64,000 nucleotides of DNA from Eledone cirrhosa (lineage: Eukaryota), in assembly GCA_964016885.1 (NCBI GenBank), contig OZ024742.1, positions 16,926,001 to 16,990,000 on the forward strand. The letters are read 5' to 3'. The first letter of the stretch is position 1. Every line of letters starts with the position of its first letter. The notes beneath the pieces are model-generated. The model saw only the letters and a program-made list of their open reading frames with translations, searched no databases and was not told the DNA's origin. The position numbers were made by a program, and so were the translations under genes. This document shows, in pieces, positions 38,115 through 53,429 of this stretch.

Positions 38115-38657
38115 TATTCCGGGTTGAATAACATAAGTAACCACAGTAAGTAAGGTACTCAATACATAGCAGAGTATAACAGTTTTAATATAGGTGAGAT
38201 TCTACAGGACTAGAAGTGTTTCATCCTTTAGAAATCATCAGGAATCTGGCTGTCCAGAAAAAATGTTGTGGTATTTATATCTTTTCATGTGGTAGGAGAG
38301 GGTGGGGAGTGGGTGAGTGGAGATCATTGGTTGAAAGAAAAGGGAATTCATTAAAAGCTAATTCTTTAAGGCTATAATTTATATTTGGAGTGACAAAGGC
38401 AGAAAGAATTCTATAAACAAGTTCAAATTGTTTATAGAATTATTTCTGCCTTTGTCACTCCAAATATAAATTATAGCCTTAAAGAATTAGCTTTTAATGA
38501 ATTCCCTTTTCTTTCAACCAATGACCTCCACTCACCCACTCCCCACCCTCTCCTACCACCTGAAAAGATATAAATACCACATTTTTTTTGGACAGCTAGA
38601 TTCCTGATGATTTCTAAAGAATGAAACAGTTCTAGTCCTGTAGAATCTCACCTATAT
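38115..38657. mobile_element. Large palindromic HHR element, same family as 37.9, 43.56 and 62.75 kb
   Basis: ~235-bp arms 38189-38421/38430-38656; HHRs at 38198-38246 (-) and 38599-38647 (+): gattc-CTGATGA-tttctaaagaat-GAAA-cag..ctg-TA-gaatc. Confidence 0.85.
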
Positions 38658-39068
38658 TTTTAAAAAATAATAAATATATATATCAAATTACAAAATTGAT
38701 GAAATAATAGACAAAAATAAACCTATTTTTTCTTCAAGGTCCCGACTGCAGTTTCGCCGATCCGTGTGCTCTACGAAAATAGCGTGCACTATAAAAATGC
38801 ATCATCTTTGTGAGATTGATACGGCTTATCAAGAGACCCCTCAGAAAAAAGGAGTGTTTTTGACGCGTTCGCAACAAGTGAATTGAAAGTGTTTTTTGCG
38901 CAGGATGTTGGCTCAGCCTAGTATGTTTGTTGAGGACTGTGAGCAAAGTCCTGAAACCTGTACTTTTTATGATTTTGTTCATGACTAGGCTTGTATATTG
39001 TTTGATGTAGTTGTGAATCCTAACTGTGTGAATCACACACATGCTATAACCATTGAAGATGGGCAGAG

Positions 39069-39478
39069 TCGTTGGAGTTTCGGACAGTATGCTTTGCAGC
39101 ATAGAGTTGTGACCCTTTTACGCCCTGAGTTCAAATCTCACCGAGATTAGCTTTTCCTTTCATCATAAGGGGTCGATAAATTAAAGCACCAGTGGCGTCC
39201 ATTTAATCGATTTCCCTCCCTCAAAATTGTTGGCCTTGTGCCTAAATCGGAAATAATAATAATTATTATTATTGGTAGAATCGGTAGAGCATCGGACACT
39301 GTGCTTTGTGGCATAGGGCAATGGCCTTTTATGGTCTGAGTTCAAATCCCGCCGAGTTTACCTTTACCTTTCATCCTTACGGGGGTCGATAAATAAAGCA
39401 CCAATAATGCACTGGGGTCAATTTAATCGACTTTCCCCTTCCTTTCAAGTTGCTGGCCTTGAAAACATTATTATTACA
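39069..39478 (+). mobile_element. Two tandem SINE A copies joined by AAT/ATT repeats
   Basis: Two B boxes and bodies; junction AATAATAATAATTATTATTATT. Confidence 0.8.
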
Positions 39479-39723
39479 AGTTAGTATGTTTTGATCAGGA
39501 GTGAGTTTGAAAATAGAAATAGACGCTTTCACCGTATTTTTGACTAAAGAAATGTTAGCCTGATAGTGGGGCTTAGAACTCTCTATGACTAAAATCTCTT
39601 TAGTCAAGAATACGGCGAAAGCTTCTATTTCTAATTTCAAACTCGCTCGCTGTTTAAAATATACTTACTTGTCATCCTACTTGCTAAGAATGTAGTTGCT
39701 AATTTGAATGCAAAGGGATGGGT

Positions 39724-39794
39724 AATGTGTTGGTGTAATGGTAGCACAGTAGTCTGGATATCCAAAGATGTGAGTTCGACTCCAACATACGTCA
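39724..39794 (+). pseudogene. tRNA-like (Gln-like) sequence inside an inverted-repeat element
   Basis: A box TGGTGTAATGGTAGCAC, B box GAGTTCGACTCC; anticodon arm does not pair well. Confidence 0.55.
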
Positions 39795-39899
39795 ATACTC
39801 ATCATTTTCCATTTCTTAGAGGGTTCTAAGCCTCCACTATTAGGCTAAAATATCTTTAGTAAAAAAAATACGGCGAAAGCTTCTATTTATTATTTTTGC

Positions 39900-40248
39900 A
39901 GGGCGGTATATTGGCAGTATCGGTAGAGCGTCGGACACCATGCTTTGACGCATAGAGTTACGGCCCTTGCCATTCTGAGTTCAAATCCCGCCGAAGTTAA
40001 CTTTGCCTTTTATCCTGACGGGGTTGATAAAATAAAGTAGCAGTAATACACTGGGATAATTGCTGGCCTTGTGCCAATAGTAAAAACAATTATTTTGGCA
40101 GCATAGAGTTACGGCCCTTCACGGTCTCAGTTCAAATCCTGCCATGGTTAACTTTGCCATTCATCTTTACGGGGTCGATAAAATAAAGCACCAGTAATTC
40201 ACTGGGGTAATTGCCGGCCTTGTGCCCAAAGTAGAAATATTATCATTA
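39900..40248 (+). mobile_element. Two tandem SINE A copies
   Basis: Full copy 39900-40093 and 5'-truncated copy 40097-40248. Confidence 0.85.
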
Positions 40249-40917
40249 TTTACTTTCCATCTTTATACACATATTTACTTAATGTTTCACTGTGACTTTC
40301 TCTTTGTAATCTCTATTGTTATCTATATAATTGTTTACTCCATAATAATATATTATTCCTTAATTTTCATAAGAGATATTTTTACCAACATTTCTCTCTT
40401 CATTTACAGCTTCGTCAGACCTGGTTGTTATATGTAAACTTATTTCTTTTACGAATGAGTATTGAACAGAAGCTATGTTGATTGATACAAATACTTCAAT
40501 AGTAGACTGCAGAAAAATGGAACATCGTATGTTAAAAAAGATCCACAAACACAATGGTGTTATACAAACACACAAACAAATACATTCACACATACACCTG
40601 CATATACTTGCATTCACACATACACACAATCAAGCACACACTCACACATACATGCACTCACACACTTACACACACTGACACACAGACTCACACACAATCA
40701 CACACATACACATACACACACATGTACTCACACACACTCAAACACACGCAAACATACAAAGACTCACATACAATCATACACACAATCACAAACAAACATA
40801 TATATTCGATTTGTAATATATATATATTTACGTAGTTGTCTGAAAATGAGAGGATTTGTTGGGGGAGAATGGAGGGGGCTTGTTGATGTGATAACATCCC
40901 TGAATATGTTGTAGTTG

Positions 40918-41126
40918 GTCTTCCGTCGTTATAGACGACGAGTGTTCCAGTTGAGCGAAAACGGAACAAAGTGCTTGTGAAATGAACGTGCAAGGTTCTG
41001 AGAACTCTACAGACGAATGCACACTTAACTTAGTACTGAGAGAGATTGAATAATATACAGTGTCTGACAAAGCTGGTTCTTTGAAGAACGGGCACAAATG
41101 ATTTTCACCAGCTGAGTAGACTGGAA
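40918..41126 (-). mobile_element. SINE family B, partial
   Basis: Homologous to 43752-43965. Confidence 0.65.
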
Positions 41127-41420
41127 TACAAACGGCCGAAATGAAGTTCCTCCGAATAGTCTTTGGAGTAACGTTACTCGATAGAGTGCGTAGATCGGAG
41201 ATCAGAGAGTCACTCCAGTGAGAGCCGCTAACTCTATGAATTGAGAGATCACAGCTCCGATACTATGGGCATGTGGTTAACATTTTCAGGAAAGGATCGT
41301 TTGACAGATTCTATGGGCAAAATTTAATTGAGGGGAGACCCAGGGGTAGATGGTTGGATAATATCCATGAGCTTGGCTGGGCTCGTTGGGACCCAGCCGA
41401 ATAAGTGGGCGAAGAAGAAG
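41124..41420 (+). mobile_element. RTE-type LINE 3' fragment
   Basis: IQTAEMKFLRIVFGVTLLDRVRRSEIRESL..IERSQLRYYGHV. Confidence 0.8.
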
Positions 41421-41518
41421 AAAAAGAAGACTGTATCTACCGCAAAATTAAATGTCATGTTCAAGAACACAACGCACCGGCTCAAACCACCAAAGTTTGA
41501 ATTATATAATGTATTAAT

Positions 41519-41557
<39 letters not shown>

Positions 41558-41558
41558 C

Positions 41559-42049
41559 TTCAAAAACGAGGTAGAGGCGGTTTTCCTATGTGTTATGGCT
41601 ATGGTGAAAGAGGTTATATGGTGGACGAGGTTAAAAGGGCAGAGGTCAGACACCTTTCTCTCCGGCGAGCAACTGATTCGTTTTTTCAAATATAATTTTG
41701 GAAGAAGAATCAGGATGGAGAGAGAGGTGCTGTACCCAATAAATTTTATAAAAGGTGGATGAATGTGGCAAAAATGGCTCGAGTGGTTGGGCCTTCTCTC
41801 TATATAAGCCTGTAGGTTGAGGAAAAAGAGGAAGAGAGGAAGGGAGTACTCACTCTTGGTGCTCCTGGAGATGAGGGTTGTACATTTTTTCGGGGTGTGT
41901 ACAACCCCTGTGTAACACCTTCCCCTTATTGGGGATTTCAATTGTTATTTGTTATTGTATTAATAGTTTTATTTTCATATACCTGTATGTAAACTCCCCA
42001 TTTGTATTTGTCCCCTTCTTTTGTGCCCTTGTAGCTAATAAAGAAATTT
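41559..42049 (+). mobile_element. Tx1-clade LINE copy 4, 3' end only, followed by (TC)n
   Basis: AVFLCVMAMVKEVIWWTRLKG..FFKYNFGRRIRMEREVL homologous to the ORF2 C-terminus; AATAAAGAAATT(TC)n. Confidence 0.85.
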
Positions 42050-42084
42050 CTCTCTCTCTCGCTTTCTCTCTCTCTCTTTCTCTA

Positions 42085-42133
<49 letters not shown>

Positions 42134-42135
<2 letters not shown>

Positions 42136-42470
42136 GGTGGCTGCCAACTCGTTTTCGAGTACGGCCACTACTTTATATCCATGTAGGAGAACCCCTACCG
42201 ATGCGCTGAACGAGTGTAGCTTTTTAGTCCAGCCAGCAACTTGTAAACTCTGGTACAATCACTACACTTGTGACAATTATTGACACATAGTGCTGGGCCC
42301 ATGGTACCATGTGACGACAAGGGCAAAGATATCTCCAGATATAAAGCAATGCCTGTGCCGTGAAGCTTTTATAGTGAGCAAAGGCACTGCACAAAGCCAG
42401 TCCCACTCTCTTAACCAAGATGATATTTACCAAAAACAAGAACAAGTCAACATCATTGGATACCATCAGG
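42134..42470. repeat. Unclassified ~335-bp interspersed repeat (second copy 53767-54098)
   Basis: Near-identical copies, both starting TGGTGGCTGCCAACTCG straight after (TA)n. Confidence 0.85.
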
Positions 42471-42482
42471 TATATATATATA

Positions 42483-42974
42483 TATATATGTGAAGATAGA
42501 CATAGAATATTCGAAAATATTCTGTATGTTTATAATAAACATTTTGAAGACCTAATCGCTATAGAATAGAATACGTCACGTATTACAATTAGATTCTCGA
42601 TAAAAGCGAATATTCTATGTCTATCTTCACATATATATCGCTATTTCAGAGCATTTAATCCAATTTCTAATTTCTGCCGGACCGGCAACCGCTCTTTCAA
42701 ACCAGTTCCTGTACACAGCTAAGTATTCTATAAGTCTCTAGCTGTGTCATTCTCGATAAAAGCACTGGATATGTAATCCTGAAGATTTCTAATAAGAATG
42801 AAACGCGTAGATTACTTCCCTTGCTTTTATCGAGAATCTAATTGTAATACGTGACGTATTCTATTCTATAGCGATTAGGTCTTCAAAATGTTTATTATAA
42901 ACATACAGAATATTTTCGAATATTCTATGTCTATCTTCACATATATATCGCTATTTCAGAGCATTTAATCCAAT
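42483..42974 (+). mobile_element. Retrozyme-like element: 310-bp unit, partial repeat and inverted 5' piece
   Basis: Direct repeat 42607-42664/42917-42974; inversion 42483-42607 of 42823-42948; HHR 42773-42815. Confidence 0.8.
42773..42815 (+). ncRNA. Type I hammerhead
   Basis: gtaatc-CTGAAGA-tttctaataagaat-GAAA-cgcg-TA-gattac; perfect 6-bp stem I; palindromic ACGCGT. Confidence 0.88.
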
Positions 42975-43071
42975 ATATATATATATATATATATAGATAG
43001 ATAGATAGATATTAAATATATATATGTATGTGTGTGTATGTGTGTGTGGCTGTGTGTATGTGTATGTTTGT

Positions 43072-43200
<129 letters not shown>

Positions 43201-43508
43201 CAAACATACACACACATAATTTGCTTATGCAAATAATATAGAATCATATTTTGATGGCTAAAGATAAATCAGATACTACAATTAGTAGTTATTTAAAAAC
43301 ACAATGAACTAATTAAGCATATTTTGGTCGCAGAAGAGAATTCATCAAAGCTATAGAATGAGTGAATTATTTGTGGAATTCAGTAGAGATTTCTTTGAGG
43401 TTCTTCAGATAACGTCACATTCGCTACCTGCACATAAAGAAAATAACGACAAGTATAGAAACACTATCTGTATGTGGACGTAGATGAGATGAGAAAATAT
43501 ACGTTTAC

Positions 43509-43558
<50 letters not shown>

Positions 43559-43604
43559 TGATGATTTCTAAAGAATGAAACAGTTCTAGTCCTGTAGAAT
43601 CTCA

Positions 43605-43726
<122 letters not shown>

Positions 43727-43751
43727 TCGTTAGATAGATAAATAGATAGGA

Positions 43752-44060
43752 AGGCATTCCGTCGGTTTCGAAGTCAAGTGTTCCAATTGATCTGATCAGC
43801 GGAACCGCCTGCTCCTGAAATTAACTAGTTAATGGCTGAGCATTCCACAATTACGCCTACCCATAACGTAGTTCTCAGGGAGATTCAGCGTGACACAGAA
43901 TATGACAAGGCTGGTCCTTCGAATTACAGGTACAACTCATTTTTGCCAGTTGAGTGAACTGGAGCAACGTGAAATAAAGTGTCTAGCTCAAGGACACAAC
44001 GCGGCACCGGGAATCGATTGTGTGCCGAAATCCATAACCACGAAGCCACGGGCCTTCACG
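43752..44060 (-). mobile_element. SINE family B (tRNA head with CORE/V-like central domain)
   Basis: Minus strand GTGGCTTCGTGGTTA..TCGATTCCCGG..GTGTCCTTGAGCTAGACACTTTATTTCAC..GGCAAAAATGAGT. Confidence 0.7.
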
Positions 44061-44088
44061 GTAGAAAGATAAATAAATAGATAGATAA

Positions 44089-44120
<32 letters not shown>

Positions 44121-44548
44121 ATAAAGTATGTGTTCCTACGTGAAAAAAATACATATAGGGATACAAGTATTATCCAACCGTATGCCAATGTGGTTCTATG
44201 GCGGGTTAATAAATTAACAAGCCAGAACATATAAAATCAAGGTCTAGCAAATAGAGAAAAAGTTTTAAAATAAATTTTTAAAATTTCGCTGTACTTACTA
44301 TATGTGCCTTTACCGCGCGGTTTCAAATTATTAATCTCCCCTAAGGTTGACATAACACTTGGTCGTTTGAACTGCTGCTATTTCTAGTGGCAGGACATTG
44401 ACCTATCCGCCCTGCCTTTTGTCTTTACACACGGCACTAGACAAAATTGTTTCTTTCCTCATTCACTCTTATCCAGGAACAGTTTTGTATGGCATCAGTT
44501 TGTGATTTGAACTCGGGAATAATTTTATATATATATATATATAGAGAG

Positions 44549-44586
<38 letters not shown>

Positions 44587-46194
44587 GTAACTTTCTTTTT
44601 ATTTGCCACCAGGGCATCAACAAGTGGGTCAAGTACAATGGGAGGAGTTTATATGAAAAGGCGTCCTCAATAACGAGGAGGCAATAACAAAATATAAAAA
44701 AAATATATAAAATATAACCAAAATAAATTTAATAACAAAATCCTCAATAGGGAGGAGGCGCCTTGGGGGGTCGCACACACCTCCGAAAAAAGTGTGCAAC
44801 CACAGAGAGGGGGTGTTCCCTTGATCTTTCATCTTCCTCACCTATAGTCTGATGTAGAGTGAAGGCCCATTCACATGGGCCATTCTCCCCACTTTCACCC
44901 ATCTTTCATAAAAACGGCTGGGGTGCAGCACCTCTCTCTCTCCATCCTGATCCTTCTTCCGAAATGATATCGGAAGAAACGGACCAGTTGTAGGCCAGAG
45001 AGAAAGGTGTCTGACCTCAGTCCTTTCAGACGCGTCCACCATACAACCTCTTACGACATGGCTATTACGCAAAGAAACACCGCCTCTTCTTCGTTTTTAA
45101 AGAGGGGAGGCGGCTTGATCGTTACAATAGACTCGGTGGTCAACCGGATCGGTCCCACCCTTGACAGCAGTTGTTCGACATAGCCCCCACAGATCGACAA
45201 TGCCCGAGCAGTGTACCAATGCGTGTGCAACGGTTTCCTCGTCGCGCACGCATCTGGGACAGATCTTTTTCGAGGGGTCCCTACCCGGGCGCCCGTGTCT
45301 GTAGAGCCTTTCTCGAACGGGCAGAGCCCCTCGGAAGCACTGCGAGGCCAGGGACCTCTGGAAGTTATCCATGGGTCCCGGGCTGAATGTCCTACCGAAC
45401 AAGTTGGCCAGTTCGTCTTCCTCCATGCCTAGGGCTTCTTCGAGACGTCGTCGCACCTGCTAACCACCAGCCCTCTATAGAATGACGAGGTGGATTCTCC
45501 ACTGACAGCCGGGTCCGCCTGCCAGAGAGCCGTGAGTGCCTGGGCACACTCGGTATGCAGGCGCCCAGTTTTCTCGGTCTTTGCTTGACCCAGGATTGCA
45601 GCTCGGTGAGCGAGACGAGTCTGGGAAAGGCTCGCCTCACAAACGGGGCCCACACCGGTTGACCGGTGAGGAATACCTAGAGGTGCCGTAGCCTTAATGC
45701 GTGTTTACGTATCATTAGCCACGGCATCTCCAGCCCTCCTTTCGCAGGGTGTTGACAGCAACTGGATCTCCTCACCATAGGAGCCCGCTTCTTCCAAAGG
45801 AATTGGAAGAGTGCGCGCTCCATTTTAGCGAGCGTTTCCCTTGGGCAAGGCACGACGGTCATACGGTAGTAGATGACGGACGCTATATAAGTGTTCGCCA
45901 CCTCCGCCCGACCTTTCAGGGACAGTTTGCACTCGGCCCACTTCTGGGTCAGTACAAACACCCTGTTCGTTACCTCACCCCAGTTCTTCTCCACCTGGAG
46001 GTCTGGTCCGAATCAGACTCCGAGCAACTTCACCGGGCCCTCCGTCCAGCGCCCGACGATGCCATCGGAGGGCATCGATTTGCCCCACCACGTGCCGAGT
46101 TGCAGACTGATCGATTTGTCCCGGTTCAGCTTAGCCCCTGTAAACCTTTCGTACTCCTCCAGTAAGGTGCCGATCGCCCCGATTTCCGAGGCCG
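44587..46194 (-). mobile_element. Tx1-clade LINE copy 3, 5'-truncated, embedded in (GATA)n
   Basis: WTEGPVKLLGV, LSLKGRAEVAN, CFRGALPVRERL, CPRC..HALVHC; (GATA)n on both sides. Confidence 0.9.
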
Positions 46195-46555
46195 AGATAG
46201 ATAGATAGATAGATATGTAGATGGATAGATAGTTTAGATAGATATAGACATGTATGTATGTGTATGTATGTGTATATATATTTTTGTAAACGCATATTTT
46301 CTAATCCCACTCCGTGAAATCAGGGTTAGCCACAGTAAATCATGTACTCAATATATTAGTAGAGTGCTAACAACGAAATTCTGGTGACGGAATCGAGGCT
46401 GAGTACTCAATACTGAAGTAGAGTTTAATATTTCATTATGGTAAAGTAATGAGCCTTGTTACTATGGCGGGTTTCATATGTATTCACAGGATCCTTTCAA
46501 TATACATACATATATATAAATCTGAGTGTGCTATGCGTATGGTGTAGATATGTAT

Positions 46556-46590
<35 letters not shown>

Positions 46591-46695
46591 TACACACACA
46601 TATATATATATATACAGGATTTCCCCCCAAAATGTATACACACTTCAAAAGTATTCTAATATATATATATGTATACATTTTGTGTGGACAACCTG

Positions 46696-46726
<31 letters not shown>

Positions 46727-47160
46727 TATTGTATATATTTATGTTTGGATGTATGTATATATGTACTCTTAACTTCCAATGTAAAACCATGATACCTAGA
46801 ATTAAGTTTATTTTCCCTTATGAGTTGATGGTCAGTCGTACTGTCCACGCTAGGTGAGAGGTAGTATTATGACCTGTAAAAACTAACACTCTCCCATCCC
46901 CTCTGGCTTTCGGCTGACTGCCACAGTCGGGATGGGTAGCAGTAAACTACGGTACAGGCCTAGGTGGGCCATTGTTTGGCTGAGAGGGTGAACTGACTAA
47001 GCGAATTTCGTTGAAATCTGCGGTAGCTAATGGTCAACTTCCTTCGGACATGCGCCTGCGCAGACGGGTGGGGGTGAAAAACCCAAAAGCACGCACTTCA
47101 TCCGTTCCCATGTCGATTCAATTTGGATTGCCTCGGAAACATAACCTTATTATGTAACAA

Positions 47161-47234
47161 GCTGTCCGATGATGTCACAACACTCGCACAGAGAACAGTG
47201 TGGCCAGTGTCGTCATTGAAATATATATCACAGC
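47161..47234 (+). ncRNA. Hammerhead-like motif (U4C core)
   Basis: gctgt-CCGATGA-long stem II-GAAA-tatata-TC-acagc. Confidence 0.7.
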
Positions 47235-47357
47235 ATTATTATTAAAGGACTTGAACATCTGAAACTACTTCGCTTTTCCTTATTCGATATTTTCTCCGTC
47301 ACTCCTATGTGGAAAAAGTACGTTGAGTGCTTGAATTGAATTGCATCAATATTTACC

Positions 47358-47485
<128 letters not shown>

Positions 47486-47602
47486 TATATATATATATAT
47501 ACATTATTGTACGACCAAAGATTAATATGGTTCATTGATTACTCAATGAATATAGTTTTACAATAGATTAAAAGCACTCTACAATGAGTTTTCTGGAGCT
47601 AT

Positions 47603-47935
47603 TATTATTCAGAATAATAATAAATGAAGACATTCACATAATCAAAATATATTTTTTATTATATATATTTCGAAGGTATGTGCTGTTTTTTCAGTACGTC
47701 CTCGTCAGATAATATACATGAATTGATGTATGACATACCTCAACGGTCTTGATAGTTCAATTCTGCCAATACTGGAATTGAACTATCAAGACAGTTGAAG
47801 TATGTCATACATCAATTCATGTATATTATCTGACGAGGACGTTCTGAAAAAACAGCACAGTACCTACGAAATATATATAATAAAACATATATTTTGATTA
47901 TGTGAATGTCTTCATTTATTATTATTCTGAATAAT
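47603..47935. mobile_element. Palindromic HHR mini-element
   Basis: ~160-bp arms 47603-47762/47776-47935; each ttat-CTGACGA..GAAA-tatata-TA-ataa. Confidence 0.85.
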
Positions 47936-47972
47936 ATATATTATTGTATATATTTATGTTTGGATTTATGTA

Positions 47973-49691
<1,719 letters not shown>

Positions 49692-49766
49692 TATTGTATA
49701 TATTTATATTTGGATTTATGTATATATTTATGATTGGATTTATGCATATATGTATATATATATATA

Positions 49767-49889
<123 letters not shown>

Positions 49890-50668
49890 ACATTTCAGCT
49901 CACTTTAATGTATTAAGAAAATATATAGACAAATATATAAATACATAAATACATATTCTAAAGAAAAATATAATAAAATTCAGAGAACATAATATATAGA
50001 AGAGTGTAGAATATAAAATATAGAAAGAATCAATGATAACCAGGAAGAAAAGAGAAAAATATGCGACTCAGAAACTTATCTATCTATTCAGATATCTCAA
50101 TTGCACACTCATTTATCTCTACATTAATTATTCATGTGAAATGTAATTTCTGTAACGCTTTATCTTGGAGTGAAATACAACGCATCATTTTTTTCTATAA
50201 GTACTTAGAGATTTTACTTCACAATTTCTGTTGTTTATCTTCAATTTTGTTTTCCAGAAGCTAATTCGCAGTGTGCCTATTCATCTATTGTATAAGTCAG
50301 ATATCAACATAACGTTTTGTTTCCTATATGCTTTTGAATTTTTTCCTTCTCACTTATGAAGGAGAAAATGTAATTTTGACAAACTGAATGTAATGTATTG
50401 TAAAGCTGAATACAGAAAAATAAAACAAAGAATAATAGAAATAAATAAAAAAAAAATAAATACGTAAATATTTATCCAACCTCACCCAACAGTTGTTTTT
50501 TAATGCCGCAATCATTGTTGTCACACTCTTTTTAATGATGATGTAACGACTTCGATTAAGATAATACATACTTGCTTGCATGCATACATTAATTCATACA
50601 AACATGCACACATACTCACGAACATACAGACATAAATACACACATACATGCATAGTTACATGCACACC

Positions 50669-50728
<60 letters not shown>

Positions 50729-50994
50729 TGTGTTTATGTGCATTTATATGTGTGTGGGTGTGTGTGTGCGTTTATGTATTCATAGTTACATAAATATAGT
50801 TCATTATCCATACATACTTATTATGAGACAATTATTGTGCTGTGGTAATAGAAGATAATACATTCCTATTTTTTAGACCAACATAACGACAACCAGTCCA
50901 TATTTATGTCTGCCACTTATTGTATCAATATTTATTTTTTCTGTATTGTCAATTTATCATTTTGATACAATCCCACTCATTTTGGACATTCATC

Positions 50995-51545
50995 CTCTCA
51001 AGGAAGTCTGTGCCGTACACTCTACATGTGAATGGTGTTCCACTGAAGGAGTTGGAGAAGTTCAGGTATCTCGGGGCCGTGTTCACGTGTGATGGAGGAC
51101 AAAAGGCTGAATTAAGTGCAGGAAAGGGTACAGTAATGTGCCAACTTCAGTAATCAGAAGAAGGGAGGTAGGTGTAAAAGCCAAACTCGCTATCTTCAAT
51201 TCGGTATTCGTGCCAACCCTTACCTATGGTCATCAGTCTTGGATATGACCTAACAAATACGACCACGAATATCAGTGGCCGAAATGGGGTTCCTCTGAAG
51301 GGTTTGTGGAATAACGTTACTCGATAAAGTGTGTAGCTAGGGAGGGGAGTTAGAGAGTCGCTTCAGTTAGGGCAGCTACTTCTCCAAATTGAGAGATCAC
51401 AGCTCCGATACTATGGCCATGTACTTAGAATGTCTCAGGCCCAAAACGACCAGGTTGGTTGGTATCGCTTGGGAATCGAGCCTTATCAGTGGGACGGTGG
51501 CGTAAGACAGGGCCCACTGGAAGGAGTGTTTTAGGACTCTGACCC
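50995..51545 (+). mobile_element. RTE-type LINE 3' fragment
   Basis: NGVPLKELEKFRYLG, KAKLAIFNSVFVPTLTYGH, IERSQLRYYGHVLRM. Confidence 0.85.
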
Positions 51546-51837
51546 CAAAACTCTGATTATCACAATTAGGGGGGAAAGCAGATATATTTTGCTTAAACAT
51601 TTAATCTGTACTAATAATAGATACAAACACACACACACACACACACACACATACATACACACACACACACACACACACTCATACACACACACACTCATAC
51701 ACACACACGCATACACACACACATATATATATATATATACATATACACACACATATACATACACACACCCACACATATATATATGTGGTTACCCCCGATT
51801 GAACCCGGGATAAACATTTATATATATATAAACACAC

Positions 51838-52062
51838 ACTAGCTCTGACAGTTGGCAGGTGAACAGTGAGCTGTACTGATGAAGGGTGATACCCAGAAAC
51901 ATTAGTGTATGTAGTTCTGTTTACATGCCAACACAATAGCAAGAATGACGGGTTCATTCTACTGACATGGCTATAAAAATGAGGCTTGTTTGCATAACTG
52001 AAAACGAATCGAATGTTATTAATATTCGAAAAACTCGGATTACATTTATTGTGCTCAGCCAT
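51838..52062 (+). mobile_element. HHR mini-element (copy of 5648-5873); canonical CTGATGA HHR at 51868-51917
   Basis: gagctgta-CTGATGA..GAAA-cattagtg-TA-tgtagttc. Confidence 0.82.
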
Positions 52063-52387
52063 ATATATATGTGTGTGTCTGTGAGTGTGTGTGTGTGTGT
52101 GTGTGTTAAAATTGTGATATAAAAGAGATATGTTTGACACGTTGAGTGTCGGCATCTACGCCACCCTCTCTATAAATTAGAAAGACGATTGATTAGAAAG
52201 AATTTTAAAATTAGATCAATAAGGAAGATAAAAATATAATAAATCAATAAACATTGGTAAAACTGCTGAAAATATCGTCATTTCTGTTGATTAGAAGATC
52301 TCTGATATGTGAGACAAGAGCTGCCGAGGTTTTGTTGCATTCACCGGTTGGAAGAAATCTCATTCGGCTGTATATAATTATTGATTA

Positions 52388-52735
52388 GGTGGGGTCGGTG
52401 GATTGACAGTATCGGTAGAGTGTCTGGTAACATGGTTTTTTGGCATAGAGTTATGGCCCTTTACATTCTAAGTTAAATCCCGCCGAGGTTAGCTTTGCCG
52501 TTCATCCTTACTGGGTCGATGAAATAAAGTACCAGCAACACACTGGGGTCGATTTAATCGATATCCCCCGCCCCTTCATATTGCTGGCCTTGTTCAAAAT
52601 CTAGAAATATTTACTGATTAGGCGTCAAATTGGCAGAGTGGTTAGAACGTCAGATAGAATGATTTGCTGTTTTCGTTCCAGCTCACTGCTCTTACTAAGT
52701 TCAGATCCCGTTGCTATCAACAATGCTTTTCATTC
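52388..52735 (+). mobile_element. SINE A followed by an older related SINE head
   Basis: A box, B box, body and tail; second head TGGCAGAGTGGTTAGAACG..GTTCAGATCCCG. Confidence 0.75.
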
Positions 52736-53337
52736 ATGGATGATACAGTATCACTCCAGTACTTTCATTCGATGAGATAGTTTCAATTGTGTACTTTTAC
52801 GTACTATCTTAAACTGATAAAATCACAAGCCGGTCAAACATATTGCTGGCCTCCCCACAGCCCCAGAGGACAGTATGGAGAAGGTGTTTCCCCGGAGAAC
52901 GGCAAGGGAGACGCGCTAGAAAAGCCATTCCAACTCGCGAGGCTCACACCGGCAACTGGCCAGCTCAGCGCCTATAGTGGTGAGTAGGGAGGTAGCCTTA
53001 GGGCCGAGGACACCAGAAGTCTCCTCTGTCAAGGGTACGACTGCAAACCTGTCGGAGAGTGACCGCAGGGTCGATTGTTTTGCTATATATCTTTCTCTCT
53101 TCTTCTCTGATTATCTGGTGACGGGGATAGTTTCTGGCGTATATAATGAAATCTGTCATAAGTTGTTTGCATGTGATTTGAGGTAGATTAGGGTGTTAAT
53201 ACCAGCAAATCAAACAACCAATAAACTATCCCTCGTTCATTTAATATATGAAAGAGAATTAAAGATAACAGAGATATACAAAGTAGACGATGAAAAGAGA
53301 AAGAAAGGAGATACGGAAATAAATGAATGAAGAATAC

Positions 53338-53429
<92 letters not shown>

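Noticed and set aside
38115-38657. Palindromes as assembly foldback artefacts
   Set aside because: Arms differ by several substitutions and indels and recur in a family-specific way; long reads would still be the final check
39724-39794. Functional tRNA gene
   Set aside because: Anticodon and T stems pair poorly; embedded in a repeat
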